A stretch of DNA of 62,625 bases, the filler included. It is 6 parts of 6 records of this genome, joined end to end, with 100 filler letters (N's around TTAATTAATTAA, not from the genome) between each part and the next. Parts side by side here need not be neighbours in the genome. Positions count along the whole stretch, not along the records: positions 24,851 to 39,719 come from SRR31156797_2718; positions 39,820 to 57,523 come from SRR31156797_2719; 4 more parts are not named here. One strand, written 5' to 3'. Below are positions 37,380-47,734 of the stretch, one piece after another (the stretch's first letter is position 1; each line of letters opens with the position of its first letter). Position numbers and translations under genes: made by a program. A model generated the notes under the pieces. That model was not told where the DNA came from. It ran no database searches and saw only the letters and a program-made list of their open reading frames with translations.

Positions 37380-38993
37380 ATGAAAAAAACAATCTTGATT
37401 TTATTATACCTTATTCTGCTGACCATTCTTTGCGGATGCGCTGCAGGGCCGCCCCTTCCACCATTCACTCCCATTGTGGACATCCCGGAAGACCATGCAT
37501 TGATTTATGCTTATAGGCATGAGAATGACAATGGCTGGGCAGCTTCAGCCATGGGCTTCCAGCTTAAAGTGGGCCGATCGGAGGCAACACTACTTGGTGG
37601 TGAACACCACGTATTTTTAGTTAAACCCGGCATCGACAGTGTAAAGTATTCTCCACGTCCATTTGTTTTCCTGGAGTGGGACTTTGTACCTTTTGAAAGC
37701 GTCAACCATCTGGAACCTGGAAAAACCTATTATATGGAGATCGGTTTGGACAATGTAAAGTCCCCTTTTAATGTTCATTTTGTTCCGGAAAGCGTCGGTA
37801 AGCCCAAAATTGCCGAAACAGGATTCAGGCAGGCGGTCTACCGGCGAGTACCGGGCAACCCAGCCTACACCGATTTATCTTCAACAAACATGGTCACTAT
37901 ATACATTAATCGCTCTGACAGCTTTGTTGGCTCCGCTGTAAAACACGATATATTGGCATTCAACTACGATGATAGCTCCTATGCTTTTTACTCCATGCCA
38001 AAATGTGGTTTTTTCAAGGCGGAACTTCCACCTGGAGAAATCGGCATAATGAGCTGCGGCACTTTTCTTCGCGAGCCTCCACCTGGTGTAGTGCGAATTA
38101 TGACGTTTGCTGAAAATCTGAATTGGCCGAATCATGAGTCGGACTTGTCCACCCTTGCCGCGTACCGGTTCCATGGCAAGGCCGGGCACACCTATTTCAT
38201 GGAATATGACTCCGGTGACATCTTATTTCTAAACCTGCGGAATCTAACGCAAACCGGCAAAATGGCCTCAAACTGTCGCTCAAAAAAACTTTCCGATAGC
38301 CTTTCCGCTGCCGGGCTGGCGGCAGAGGTCGAAAAATTGCCCCCGGCTATACCACTTAAATACGCCAACCGCACTAGCATAAAACAACTTTTAAAATCAA
38401 AGAAAAAAATCGGACTGGTCTGGATGATACCGCCCCAAGCCAGGTATTATCAGGGTGGAGACCAGGGCGGCCTTATCGACATTTTGGTGACCGAAGCTTC
38501 TACATCTGCCATGCAGGCATGGCTGAATAATTTCAAAATCAGCCAAGAGGTTGCCGACCACTATATAACATTGTTTTCCAATGCCTTTAAGCACAAGGGA
38601 CTAACAGTGATAGCCGGCCCCAAGTCTATGGCCCCAAATAGTCTCACGAAAACAACACAGCCCGGTCCGTTGAAACATGACCTTTCAAACATAGCCCGGG
38701 AAATTGGTGTAGATTATCTGCTTGTTCTGGATATAAAAAAGTTCGGGATCATTAGGGGTCATTTAGGCTTCATCACCCTGACCGAGCCCCACGGTCTGGT
38801 TAAGATGGACGCTTTTATGGTTGATGCCTCAACAAATCGGATGCTGATGTATCATCCTATAACTTCCTGGGCCAAAACAGAAGGCGCCTGGGACACTCCG
38901 CCGGAATATCAGGGACTTAAAGAGGCTATATCCAATGCTTTTGAACAGGCTGTTGATATGGCCTACGTGACCATATTCCAAGAAAAACCTTAA
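37380..38993 (+). CDS. Lipoprotein with two DUF2846-like domains and an unknown C-terminal domain
   Basis: Lipobox LCGC; ALIYAYR...PG...LEPGKTYYM and VTIYINR..SFVGSA...LPPG...GKAGHTYFM. Confidence 0.6.
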   Translation: MKKTILILLYLILLTILCGCAAGPPLPPFTPIVDIPEDHALIYAYRHENDNGWAASAMGFQLKVGRSEATLLGGEHHVFLVKPGIDSVKYSPRPFVFLEWDFVPFESVNHLEPGKTYYMEIGLDNVKSPFNVHFVPESVGKPKIAETGFRQAVYRRVPGNPAYTDLSSTNMVTIYINRSDSFVGSAVKHDILAFNYDDSSYAFYSMPKCGFFKAELPPGEIGIMSCGTFLREPPPGVVRIMTFAENLNWPNHESDLSTLAAYRFHGKAGHTYFMEYDSGDILFLNLRNLTQTGKMASNCRSKKLSDSLSAAGLAAEVEKLPPAIPLKYANRTSIKQLLKSKKKIGLVWMIPPQARYYQGGDQGGLIDILVTEASTSAMQAWLNNFKISQEVADHYITLFSNAFKHKGLTVIAGPKSMAPNSLTKTTQPGPLKHDLSNIAREIGVDYLLVLDIKKFGIIRGHLGFITLTEPHGLVKMDAFMVDASTNRMLMYHPITSWAKTEGAWDTPPEYQGLKEAISNAFEQAVDMAYVTIFQEKP

Positions 38994-39254
38994 AAAGGGT
39001 CCAACCGGGTAATATTGGATTAGAGGGTTAATTCTTATCACATGAACCTGGTTGAATGTAGGCCGGTTCTTTTCGGATTGATTAATATACAGGTGTAATG
39101 AAGAAGTGAAAGAGGCTATGCCGGCCGGTTTGTATCCTTATTCAAAAGATAATTGAAATCCATGCATTACTCCGGGTTGACTTGCCAGGCATCCTTGTGC
39201 TTTAAATAGAAATATTTAGTTCCTATTATTTCCGCCATAAGGCAGGGAGGGATA

Positions 39255-39719
39255 ATGAGTTCATCTTTATCGGACGCCGGGCCGATGAAGGCCGAAGAGC
39301 GAAGAATCTGGGAGTTGATAGTCAGGACCGACCCTGCGTCGCCGGCTTTGCTTCAATTGGCCCGTAAGTATATGGCCATGGGCAAACCCGGGCGAGCCCT
39401 GGAAATCGCTCAGCGAGTCGCGGTCGTTCATCCCACGCTTTTTGAGGCGGCTTTGGTAAGCGCAAACGCCCTGGTAAAACTGGATCGGTTGGATGATGCG
39501 CGCAAGACCCTCAATAAAGCTTTGGGAATCATTGAAGGGCTGGCCGACCGGTTGGAAGAAATGTCCGACCTGTTCGACGTCGTGGGAGATGGAAAAAACG
39601 CATATAAAGTCGGCGAGGCGTCCAAACTGCTAAAGGCGGGCCCGGTTCCGGATGAACCTGAAGAAGATGATTCCGAAATACTGGATACGGAAGCCGTGCC
39701 GACCGAAACCCTGGCCGCC
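39255..39719 (+). CDS. TPR-like protein (3' truncated)
   Basis: GGGAGG RBS, DPASP...LA..Y...G...A TPR-like segment, acidic linker, PTETLA at contig end. Confidence 0.7.
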
Positions 39720-39819
39720 NNNNNNNNNNNNNNNNNNNNNNNNNNNNNNNNNNNNNNNNNNNNTTAATTAATTAANNNNNNNNNNNNNNNNNNNNNNNNN
39801 NNNNNNNNNNNNNNNNNNN
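39720..39819. other. Artificial contig-joining spacer
   Basis: N-run + TTAATTAATTAA + N-run. Confidence 0.97.
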
Positions 39820-39891
39820 TGCCCCTTTTGAGACAGCCTCTTTTTTTTGTAAGTATTATATCTTTTAAATTTGCTTCAAGAAAAAAAACAT

Positions 39892-40443
39892 CTAGTTTTT
39901 TAAAGGCTCAGGTAAGAAAGTATTATAACTTCCATGAGGCTCTTTTGCTACTTTAGGTACTCCGTCTTTCGATACATAAAGACGCATTGCAGAACAGTCA
40001 TTTTCATAAATTGTAACTCTCCAATCCCAACTGGCACCAGTTGCAGTTGCAGTAAATGAATAATAGCCTGGCTCTCTTGTAATAGTTACACATCCGCTAG
40101 CACCACAATCTGGTGTTGATGTTGCATGATAATCTGTAATTTGTCCTTCATATGTTCCTTCAACATAAACGCTGATGAAGCCAACACCATAATCAGCATC
40201 TGTCCAGAAAATAGCCTCTCCCTGATATTCACAGCTACCATCATCTATCCCAGCATTGGGGTCATAATTGTATGCATCAGAGTCTGTACATCCATAAATG
40301 TATTCACAACTTCCATCATCATCTGTTGCAGTTGCTTCATAATTCACAGCTTTTTCATCAGTACATCCTTCTATGGTGCAAGATTGAATAGAAAGACTAC
40401 TAATCAGTGCAAGGGTTCCTAAAAAAATTGTTCCTTTTTTCAT
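39892..40443 (-). CDS. Cys-rich lipoprotein with 2 GCTD..A.NY...A..DDGSC repeats
   Basis: Start MKKGTIF at 40443, lipobox IQSC; 8 further Cys in the mature protein. Confidence 0.85.
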   Translation of the reverse strand: MKKGTIFLGTLALISSLSIQSCTIEGCTDEKAVNYEATATDDDGSCEYIYGCTDSDAYNYDPNAGIDDGSCEYQGEAIFWTDADYGVGFISVYVEGTYEGQITDYHATSTPDCGASGCVTITREPGYYSFTATATGASWDWRVTIYENDCSAMRLYVSKDGVPKVAKEPHGSYNTFLPEPLKN

Positions 40444-40517
40444 ATGCAATAAATTGATTTGATATAAATATGAAAAATTAAATAGCAATATGCAAATGTT
40501 GATTTAAATAGGTAGTT

Positions 40518-40550
40518 AAAAAAAGAGATGCCTAAATTGACATCTCTTTT
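40518..40550 (-). terminator. Rho-independent terminator
   Basis: AAAAGAGATG-loop-CATCTCTTTT, with an A-run giving a U-tract on the minus strand. Confidence 0.75.
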
Positions 40551-40571
40551 CAAACTCTTTTTTTTGAATAG

Positions 40572-41048
40572 TTAATTCTTCAATGGTTCAGGTTGGAAAG
40601 TATTAAAGCTTCCATGAGGCTCTTTTGCTACCTTAGGTTCACCATCTTTAGAAACATAAAGTTTCATTGTAGAACAGTCATTAGCATTTATGGTAACACC
40701 CCAATCCCAGCTTGCACCAGTTGCGGAAGCTGTAAAGCTATAGTAGCCTGGTTCTCTTGTAATAGTAACACATCCACTAGCACCACAATCTGGTATACTA
40801 CTTGAATAATAGCTTGTAATCTGACCTACATAAGTACCTTCAACATATACACTAATATTTCCTACACCATAATCCCAATCAGTCCAGAAAATAGCTTCTC
40901 CTTCATATTCGCAGCTACCATCATCATCAGTTGCTTCAGAGTCATAATTTACGGCATCTTCATCTGTACAACCTTCAATTATACATGATTGCATGCCAAA
41001 TGCACCTACAAAAAGGATTAATCCAAAAAGTAAAATTGTTTTATTCAT
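40572..41048 (-). CDS. Cys-rich lipoprotein paralog with 1 GCTD...DDGSC repeat
   Basis: Lipobox MQSC; C-terminal domain nearly identical to that of 39892-40443. Confidence 0.87.
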   Translation of the reverse strand: MNKTILLFGLILFVGAFGMQSCIIEGCTDEDAVNYDSEATDDDGSCEYEGEAIFWTDWDYGVGNISVYVEGTYVGQITSYYSSSIPDCGASGCVTITREPGYYSFTASATGASWDWGVTINANDCSTMKLYVSKDGEPKVAKEPHGSFNTFQPEPLKN

Positions 41049-41175
41049 AACTATAAATTTTAAGGTTTCAGTAATTCAGGCTTTTTACAATAGCCAAAAT
41101 AGGGATATTTTTTTAAAAAGACCGAATCAAAGATTGATTTTAATGTTTGTGAATTGTTAAATTTTTAATTCTTGA

Positions 41176-42129
41176 CTACTTATCATTCAGCAAGTTGGGG
41201 TATTCTTTTGTCAAAACCGGGATCGAGGGTAATAGTCCTAAGTGTTTCAAAATGATTTTGTTATGCTGGATGAATAACGTGGTAGGATAGATTCTGGAAA
41301 TGTTTGTATACTCTTTTTTACTGATTTGCCTGATATCAAAGTTGTCCTTATTGATGTCAAAATATTTGGATAAGCGATAGAATGTACTTTGATGATTAGA
41401 GACAATTACAATTGTAATATGGTCAACAATTTGTTTTTCTTTATAGCTTTTCAGGTTCTCAATAGAGTTTAAACAAAATTCGCATGATTCCGACATGAAA
41501 AATACCATCTGTAGCTCGTCGGTCTTATTAGGATTAATGAACTTTTTAATAGCAGAATCAGAATCACTTTCCAAACTTTTAGGTTTAGATGCTCCATACC
41601 AAAATTGATTAACAATACCTGAAGTTTTTTTAATGTCAGTTTTTAATCCTAGAATGAAAGTGAATAAAATAATAAGAGGGAGAATTATATGACTAATTTT
41701 CAGTTGCTTGGACTTTATGGATGACTGGTACAAATAGAAAGCTAATAAGCTTAAAATTAAGTTACGAATATAAAAGTAAATAGGTTCGGAATCCATAAAT
41801 GAAATACTTCCAAAGCAATGACATTCAGAAATTTTATGATACACCAAACCATAGGTGTAAAAGAGTGTGAATCCAATGATTAATAAAAGAAAAATAAATG
41901 CATGTTGGCGGATCTTTTGCAGAAATAATAATTGTATGCCAATATATATTTCAAGAAACACGACCACCGGTGCTAACAAACTCAGAATTCCAAGTTTGTA
42001 TTCTGTATGAAGTTGCCCTATAAAACTATTGATACTGAAAAGTTTTATGATTCCTGAGAATAAAAATATTAACCCAAGTACCAGCGAGGTACTAATCAAA
42101 AGCGTATGAAATAGTTTTTTTTTAGGCAT
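41176..42129 (-). CDS. MauE/DoxX-type membrane protein fused to a thioredoxin-like CxxC domain
   Basis: LG.IFLFSG..K, E...G..LL, ECHCFG, RNLIL; C-terminal FFMSESCEFC...YPT. Confidence 0.8.
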   Translation of the reverse strand: MPKKKLFHTLLISTSLVLGLIFLFSGIIKLFSINSFIGQLHTEYKLGILSLLAPVVVFLEIYIGIQLLFLQKIRQHAFIFLLLIIGFTLFYTYGLVYHKISECHCFGSISFMDSEPIYFYIRNLILSLLAFYLYQSSIKSKQLKISHIILPLIILFTFILGLKTDIKKTSGIVNQFWYGASKPKSLESDSDSAIKKFINPNKTDELQMVFFMSESCEFCLNSIENLKSYKEKQIVDHITIVIVSNHQSTFYRLSKYFDINKDNFDIRQISKKEYTNISRIYPTTLFIQHNKIILKHLGLLPSIPVLTKEYPNLLNDK

Positions 42130-42132
42130 GTA

Positions 42133-42537
42133 TTAATTTAATGAATCCAATATTATTTGCTGTGCTGTACATTCATTCTTTTCTATTGGTATTGAGGAAT
42201 TCCAAGTTGCACCTAAGCTATCTATTGCTATAAAGTCATAATGACCCGGTTCTATAGTGATATTTACACCCTGAGGAACTCCACACTCTGGTTCTTTTGT
42301 GAAATATCCCTCAATAACACCAATGGTATCATCATTTAAAACAATGGTGATGTCGTTAAATGCAAAAGTGGAATCTACCCAAAAAATAGCATGGCCTTCG
42401 TAACTACAACTGCCATCGTCTTCATTGGCTTTTGACTCGTAGTTTATAGCGGTATTATCTGTGCATCCTTCAATTTTGCATGAATTGAACGTAAAAAAAG
42501 TAGCAATAGCAAATATGAATAGTACAAAGCGAATCAT
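42133..42537 (-). CDS. Third, divergent Cys-rich lipoprotein
   Basis: Start MIRFVLF at 42537, lipobox FNSC, EGCTDNTAINYESKANEDDGSCSYEG.AIFW. Confidence 0.82.
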   Translation of the reverse strand: MIRFVLFIFAIATFFTFNSCKIEGCTDNTAINYESKANEDDGSCSYEGHAIFWVDSTFAFNDITIVLNDDTIGVIEGYFTKEPECGVPQGVNITIEPGHYDFIAIDSLGATWNSSIPIEKNECTAQQIILDSLN

Positions 42538-42571
42538 TTCACAAATATTTTGGACTAAGGTAATAAATTCA

Positions 42572-43738
42572 TTAATTAATTTGATGATATTTCTTTGTGA
42601 ACATGTTGATAAATGCAATGATAAAGGCAAATCCGCCTGCGGCCAGAAATACCCATTTGTAATTTTCATTGAAGAAAAAGAAGGTGATAGTAATTGGGCC
42701 TAGTGATTGTCCTATTCTGAGCACCATGCTGTTTATTGACATAATTGTGGCTCTTTCTCCTTTTGTAGCAAAGCCTGCCAATAATGTTTGCATGGTTGGA
42801 ATAAAAAGGCCCTGCCCAATACCATAAAGTATAACTGCAATTAATGCAAGCATATAAAACTTGGAAAATGCAAGCATTACAAGTGCAAGAATATAACCAA
42901 TTGATGCTATTGTAATTATTCTTTTCGGGGTAAGTTTTTTTGAGATATAACCAATTCTTGAGGCCATTATTGCAGTCGTTACCGACATGGTCGACATAGT
43001 TATACCAATTTGAAAAGAATTGGCTCCAAATGTATCTTCTAAAAATGAAGGAAGAAAAGTGAGATAGGCACCATAAAGTATAATGAAAACAAGCACATTT
43101 ATGGTGAATATGCTCCATAAAGATTTTTGCTTGAGGATTTTGCCAATTGATTTCAGATAGTCCTTAGTGTTGGTTTTTTGAGTTATTTTGGGAGAATCTA
43201 ATAAGGAGAATGAAATGATAGCCAAAGGGATAGCTAATAATGGTAAATAAAAAATATATTGCCAGTTAATTAATGCCAATGCACCTCCAATGGCTGGATA
43301 ACTGGCAGTTCCAATGCTCAGAACACTGGCATTGTAACCCATGGCAGTAGCTCTTTTGTTGCCTGAAAATAAATCTCCAATTAAAGTGATATTTAATGAA
43401 CCCAGCGGCGCAGCACCAATGCCCTGAAAAATACGTAATATAAGAATGGTGTTAAAATTTTCCACATGAGCACATGCAGCTCCTGCTAGTGCAAATACTG
43501 AAAGTGCAGGAATTAAGATTGTTTTTCGGCCATACCGGTCTGCTAAAATCCCAAGAACCGGAGCTAAAATGATTCCGGGAATAGTGAAAAAAGTAATGAG
43601 CAAACCAATCTCCTCCATGTTGAGGTTAAAATGCCTTGAAATGGTTGGAAAAGCAGGAGTAAGACTTGCTACACCCATTACAGCCATCAAAGTAATTGAA
43701 AATATGATTAGTAGGTTTTTATTGATGGCTCTTGTCAT
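42572..43738 (-). CDS. MFS transporter
   Basis: Motif A GILADRYGRK, RIFQGIG, about 12 TM segments. Confidence 0.92.
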   Translation of the reverse strand: MTRAINKNLLIIFSITLMAVMGVASLTPAFPTISRHFNLNMEEIGLLITFFTIPGIILAPVLGILADRYGRKTILIPALSVFALAGAACAHVENFNTILILRIFQGIGAAPLGSLNITLIGDLFSGNKRATAMGYNASVLSIGTASYPAIGGALALINWQYIFYLPLLAIPLAIISFSLLDSPKITQKTNTKDYLKSIGKILKQKSLWSIFTINVLVFIILYGAYLTFLPSFLEDTFGANSFQIGITMSTMSVTTAIMASRIGYISKKLTPKRIITIASIGYILALVMLAFSKFYMLALIAVILYGIGQGLFIPTMQTLLAGFATKGERATIMSINSMVLRIGQSLGPITITFFFFNENYKWVFLAAGGFAFIIAFINMFTKKYHQIN

Positions 43739-43810
43739 ATCTTTATTATTTGGCTTAATAAGTAAATATGGTAATTAATAATTATATTCACGAAAAATAA
43801 TAGCATTAAG

Positions 43811-44506
43811 ATGAAATTCGAACAACCATTAATTCACGGCAGATTAATAAAACGGTATAAACGATTTTTAGCAGATATAATCTTGGATGATGGTAGCCAG
43901 GTAACTGCCCATTGCACCAATTCAGGATCAATGAAAACCTGCCTGGAAGATGATGCTGAAGTATACATGAGTCCGGTCAATGATCCTAAGCGTAAAACCA
44001 AATTTACCTGGGAAATGATCAAAATCAATGGTGACTGGGTGGGTATTAATACCAATCATCCTAACCGAATAGTGTATGAAGCTATGGTGAATGGAGAGGT
44101 TGATCAATTGAAAGGTTATACCGAAATAAAGCGTGAGCAAAAGTTCGACGATAGCCGCTTTGATGTGATGGCGCGTAATGAAGAGGAAATTTGTTTTGTG
44201 GAGGTGAAGAATGTGACCATGAAAGAGGGCGATTTCGCTCTGTTTCCCGATGCTAAAACCGAGCGGGGGCGCAAGCACCTGGAAACGCTTATTAAAGTAA
44301 AACAGCAAGGTATGCGTGCTGTAATGTTTTACGTAATTCAACGTCAGGATGTATTCAAATTTGGTCCAGCTACGGAGATTGATCCTGCTTACGCAGAGTC
44401 ACTCAAAAAAGCAGTAGATGCAGGAGTTGAAGTCATAGCTATGATGGCCTTAGTAACACCCGAAGGTATCAAATTGGTAAAGGAATTACCATTTGAAATT
44501 GAATAA
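43811..44506 (+). CDS. sfsA: DNA/RNA nuclease SfsA
   Basis: RYKRFLAD, AHCTNSGSM, SRFD, VEVKNVT, FPDAKTERGRKHL. Confidence 0.95.
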   Translation: MKFEQPLIHGRLIKRYKRFLADIILDDGSQVTAHCTNSGSMKTCLEDDAEVYMSPVNDPKRKTKFTWEMIKINGDWVGINTNHPNRIVYEAMVNGEVDQLKGYTEIKREQKFDDSRFDVMARNEEEICFVEVKNVTMKEGDFALFPDAKTERGRKHLETLIKVKQQGMRAVMFYVIQRQDVFKFGPATEIDPAYAESLKKAVDAGVEVIAMMALVTPEGIKLVKELPFEIE

Positions 44507-44521
44507 TTGACCTAAAGTAAA

Positions 44522-45400
44522 TTATTTTTTGACGTTTGTATAAAGGTGTACAAATCCGGTTTTCTTATCCATTTGAGGATTGTTTTCCGGAGTAATCACA
44601 TAATAATATACTCCTGTAGAAGCCATAGAGTTATCTTTTAATCGCCCATTCCAGGTTTGAGTGGTTTGGGGTTCTTCTGATTCATATACAATATTACCCC
44701 AACGACTGAATATAATAAGAGAAATTTTAGTTCCGTCACCCGTAGAAATAACGAAGTTATTGTTTTGACTGGCATTTTCACCAGTTGGAAAGAATACATT
44801 TGGAATAAATAAAGCTTTGCTCAAAATTACTGTTGAGTCATAAGAATCAGAGCACCCGGCATTATTTGTTACCGTTAATGAAATATTGAAAATGCTATCA
44901 TCTCCTGAAAGGTCATATGTATGTGACTGAATTGACCTGTATTCACCATTATCAATTGTGGCAGTAATACTTTCCTGGTCAGTTGTGCCATCTCCAAAAT
45001 CCCAATCAAAAGTAATTGGCGGTTTATATGGTTCAGGTTGATTCACACTTACTACTTGTACTTTATTTCTGTCAAGTACGCCAATTATAGCTTCAAATTC
45101 AGCACTTACATTAGAAATGGTAATGGTTATAGCACTTGTATTGCCTGATTCATTGGCATTGATCACAAACTCACCCAGTTGATTGCAAACAATTTGCACT
45201 GATGGAACGCCTGTTGCGGATCCAATTATTTCGAAAGTTCCTGAAGGTATGGTCCAATCTGTGGCAAGGTTGTTTTCGTGATTAAGTGTTATGGTATCTC
45301 CTATGCAAGGATTGCTGTCTGTAGCTTGAATAGTGAAATCCTGCGCTTGCATTTGAAATGGAAGGGCAAGTATGAGTATGATTAAAAATCGTTGTAACAT
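44522..45400 (-). CDS. PKD-domain protein with gliding-motility/T9SS type B C-terminal domain
   Basis: Signal peptide, WDFGDG, IPNVF.P, IFSRWG..VY, WNG, GVYYYVI. Confidence 0.85.
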   Translation of the reverse strand: MLQRFLIILILALPFQMQAQDFTIQATDSNPCIGDTITLNHENNLATDWTIPSGTFEIIGSATGVPSVQIVCNQLGEFVINANESGNTSAITITISNVSAEFEAIIGVLDRNKVQVVSVNQPEPYKPPITFDWDFGDGTTDQESITATIDNGEYRSIQSHTYDLSGDDSIFNISLTVTNNAGCSDSYDSTVILSKALFIPNVFFPTGENASQNNNFVISTGDGTKISLIIFSRWGNIVYESEEPQTTQTWNGRLKDNSMASTGVYYYVITPENNPQMDKKTGFVHLYTNVKK

Positions 45401-45457
45401 GCTTATTGTATATGAACTATCTATTACAAACATAATCATTTTTAATCAAAAAAGTAA

Positions 45458-46555
45458 CTAAATTTTTTCGGTTAGCTTTTCAACAAATCGGTATTGTGAG
45501 AAAAACTCCTTTGCTATTACCCTCAAAATAGTATAAGAAGGGATGGCCAAAACCATTCCGCCTATTCCAGCTAATGTCCCCGCAGCCAGTATGACCAAAA
45601 AGATTTCAAGTGGATGGGCTTTTACACTGTTTGAGAATACCAAAGGTTGGAATATAAAGTTGTCAAGCATTTGAACAATCAAAAATGCAATGGTCATATA
45701 ACCCAATAATGGCATTAATTCGTCGTAAAAATCTAGTTGCAAGTGAGTTACAATTCCAATGGTTAATCCGAAAATGATTCCGATAATTGGGCCAATATAT
45801 GGAATGACATTAATAAGTGCTGCAAAGAGTGCAATAAGCATTACATGGCTAAATTGTAATCCAACAATGGACAGTCCTATGGTAAGACCTGTAAATATTA
45901 AACTCATTTGAACCAATAGTCCAATAAAATAGCGCGATAATAGTTTTTTGATGCTCAACATGGCATGCAAAGCACCTGAGTCCCATTTTGTTGGTGTAAT
46001 GAGCAGTATGAAACGGGTTATGATATTTTTTTCTTTCAAGAAGAAAAATGTAATAAAAGAAATCGAAAAGATTGCGATGAATATATTTCCTAACACATTG
46101 GTGATGGAAGAGAATACACTTTTAATGTTAGAAAGGCTGAGTAGTGATTTTAAACGATCACTTGCAACTTCTTCCAACGTTTGGTCATTGTCATCTGATT
46201 TGTATTCCTTGTAAATTTCTTCAACTTGTGAGATCGGTTCTTCCAGATTTCTTACAACTTCATCAACATTGATGGTACTCAGATTTTGCCCTTCTTTTAT
46301 AACCAGTGGAATGAAAATTACAAAGAATGCCAGCATCACGACCCAAATAACCATTAGTGTGATTCCGGCACCAACTGCATCTGGAATATTTTTGCCCTTT
46401 ATTTTAATTTTTGCAATTTGATCTACTAGTGGTCTTCCAATGAGTGCAATAACTGCTGCAATGATCATGTATAGTATGATGGCACTCAAATACCAGGCAA
46501 TTACACCAAAAAGAGCAACTGCTAAAACGATTAAAATGTATTTTAAAATCTTCAT
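45458..46555 (-). CDS. AI-2E family transporter
   Basis: IPYIGPII, QMLDNFIFQPLV, HPLEIF, GMVLAIP. Confidence 0.9.
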   Translation of the reverse strand: MKILKYILIVLAVALFGVIAWYLSAIILYMIIAAVIALIGRPLVDQIAKIKIKGKNIPDAVGAGITLMVIWVVMLAFFVIFIPLVIKEGQNLSTINVDEVVRNLEEPISQVEEIYKEYKSDDNDQTLEEVASDRLKSLLSLSNIKSVFSSITNVLGNIFIAIFSISFITFFFLKEKNIITRFILLITPTKWDSGALHAMLSIKKLLSRYFIGLLVQMSLIFTGLTIGLSIVGLQFSHVMLIALFAALINVIPYIGPIIGIIFGLTIGIVTHLQLDFYDELMPLLGYMTIAFLIVQMLDNFIFQPLVFSNSVKAHPLEIFLVILAAGTLAGIGGMVLAIPSYTILRVIAKEFFSQYRFVEKLTEKI

Positions 46556-46557
46556 AT

Positions 46558-47658
46558 CTATAGCTTATCAGGCAAATATAATAAACAATGGATAGGATAG
46601 TGGTCTGAAAAGTCAACTTTATCTCTTTGAAAATTGCTTGACCGTATATTTTTATCGTGGAAAATATAATCTATTCTGAATGATGGAAATGCCCGGGCTA
46701 TCGTCAGGCCAAATCCAAAACCACTTTTGAGGAATGCATCACAAAGTTGTCCGCGCATTTGCCGATAACTGTAAGAAACAGGTGTGTCATTAAAATCTCC
46801 ACAAACAATTACAGGGTAAGGTGATTTTCTAATATGCTTTCCGATTTGTTCCACCTGGAAAGCTCTTTTTTCAAACGCTAGCGACATTTTATTCAAAATT
46901 GGACCCACACGGAATAGTTGTTTTGCGGTTTCTTTATTCCCCATTTTATCTATTACCTGGTAATCATCAGGTGAAAAATGATTTGATTGTAAGTGGTTGT
47001 TATATACCCTTATAGTATCATTTAAAACTTTGATGTCCGTGTAAATGGTTACGTTGTTTGTCCCTGAGAAACTAATGGTTCCTTTTTTAATAATTGGGTA
47101 TTTCGAAAATGTGGCAATGCCAAATTGATGAATACCCCTATTTACAGTTGTATATTCAGCATGTACTTCGCGGGCTTTCTGAAATTTAATTAAGCTGTCA
47201 AGCGTCGTGAATTTATTTGTTTTATCATTGAAGAATTCCTGAAAACAAATAACATCAGCATTCTGATGAATAATGTAATTGAAGATTTTATCTCTTGTTT
47301 CAGTGTTGTTTGACCAATTGTACAAGTCAAACAAGCGCACATTATAAGATAGTACTTTTATGGGTTGATGTGTTGTGATTACATCATGATGTGTAAGATT
47401 ATAAGCAAAAATACTTGTGAGTTGTTTATAACCAATTCCTATAGCAAGCAATGATAACAAGAATATCCATTGTTTTTTCCATATCCAGAAAATCAGAAAG
47501 AGTGTATTCATTATTAAAAATGCAGGATAGGCTAATCCAAAGAATGGCAACCAAAATACTCTATCCGGGGAAACATAGGTTGATAAATATGAAAAAAACA
47601 ATCCTACAACGGATAAGCTATTAAGAATAAGCAATATGATGTAAAAAATTCTCTTCAC
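46558..47658 (-). CDS. Endonuclease/exonuclease/phosphatase family protein
   Basis: SYNV, CFQE, GDFNDTP, RIDYIF, SDHYP. Confidence 0.92.
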   Translation of the reverse strand: MKRIFYIILLILNSLSVVGLFFSYLSTYVSPDRVFWLPFFGLAYPAFLIMNTLFLIFWIWKKQWIFLLSLLAIGIGYKQLTSIFAYNLTHHDVITTHQPIKVLSYNVRLFDLYNWSNNTETRDKIFNYIIHQNADVICFQEFFNDKTNKFTTLDSLIKFQKAREVHAEYTTVNRGIHQFGIATFSKYPIIKKGTISFSGTNNVTIYTDIKVLNDTIRVYNNHLQSNHFSPDDYQVIDKMGNKETAKQLFRVGPILNKMSLAFEKRAFQVEQIGKHIRKSPYPVIVCGDFNDTPVSYSYRQMRGQLCDAFLKSGFGFGLTIARAFPSFRIDYIFHDKNIRSSNFQRDKVDFSDHYPIHCLLYLPDKL

Positions 47659-47734
47659 AACAATACCTTTTGAGGGATAAATTTAAGCCTTTTCGTTATT
47701 ATAATTACGTTACAGGGATTTGCCTAACGTTGTG

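Noticed and set aside
39892-41048. DGR template/variable repeat pair in the duplicated lipoproteins
   Set aside because: Both copies are full genes and their differences are not adenine-specific; ordinary duplication
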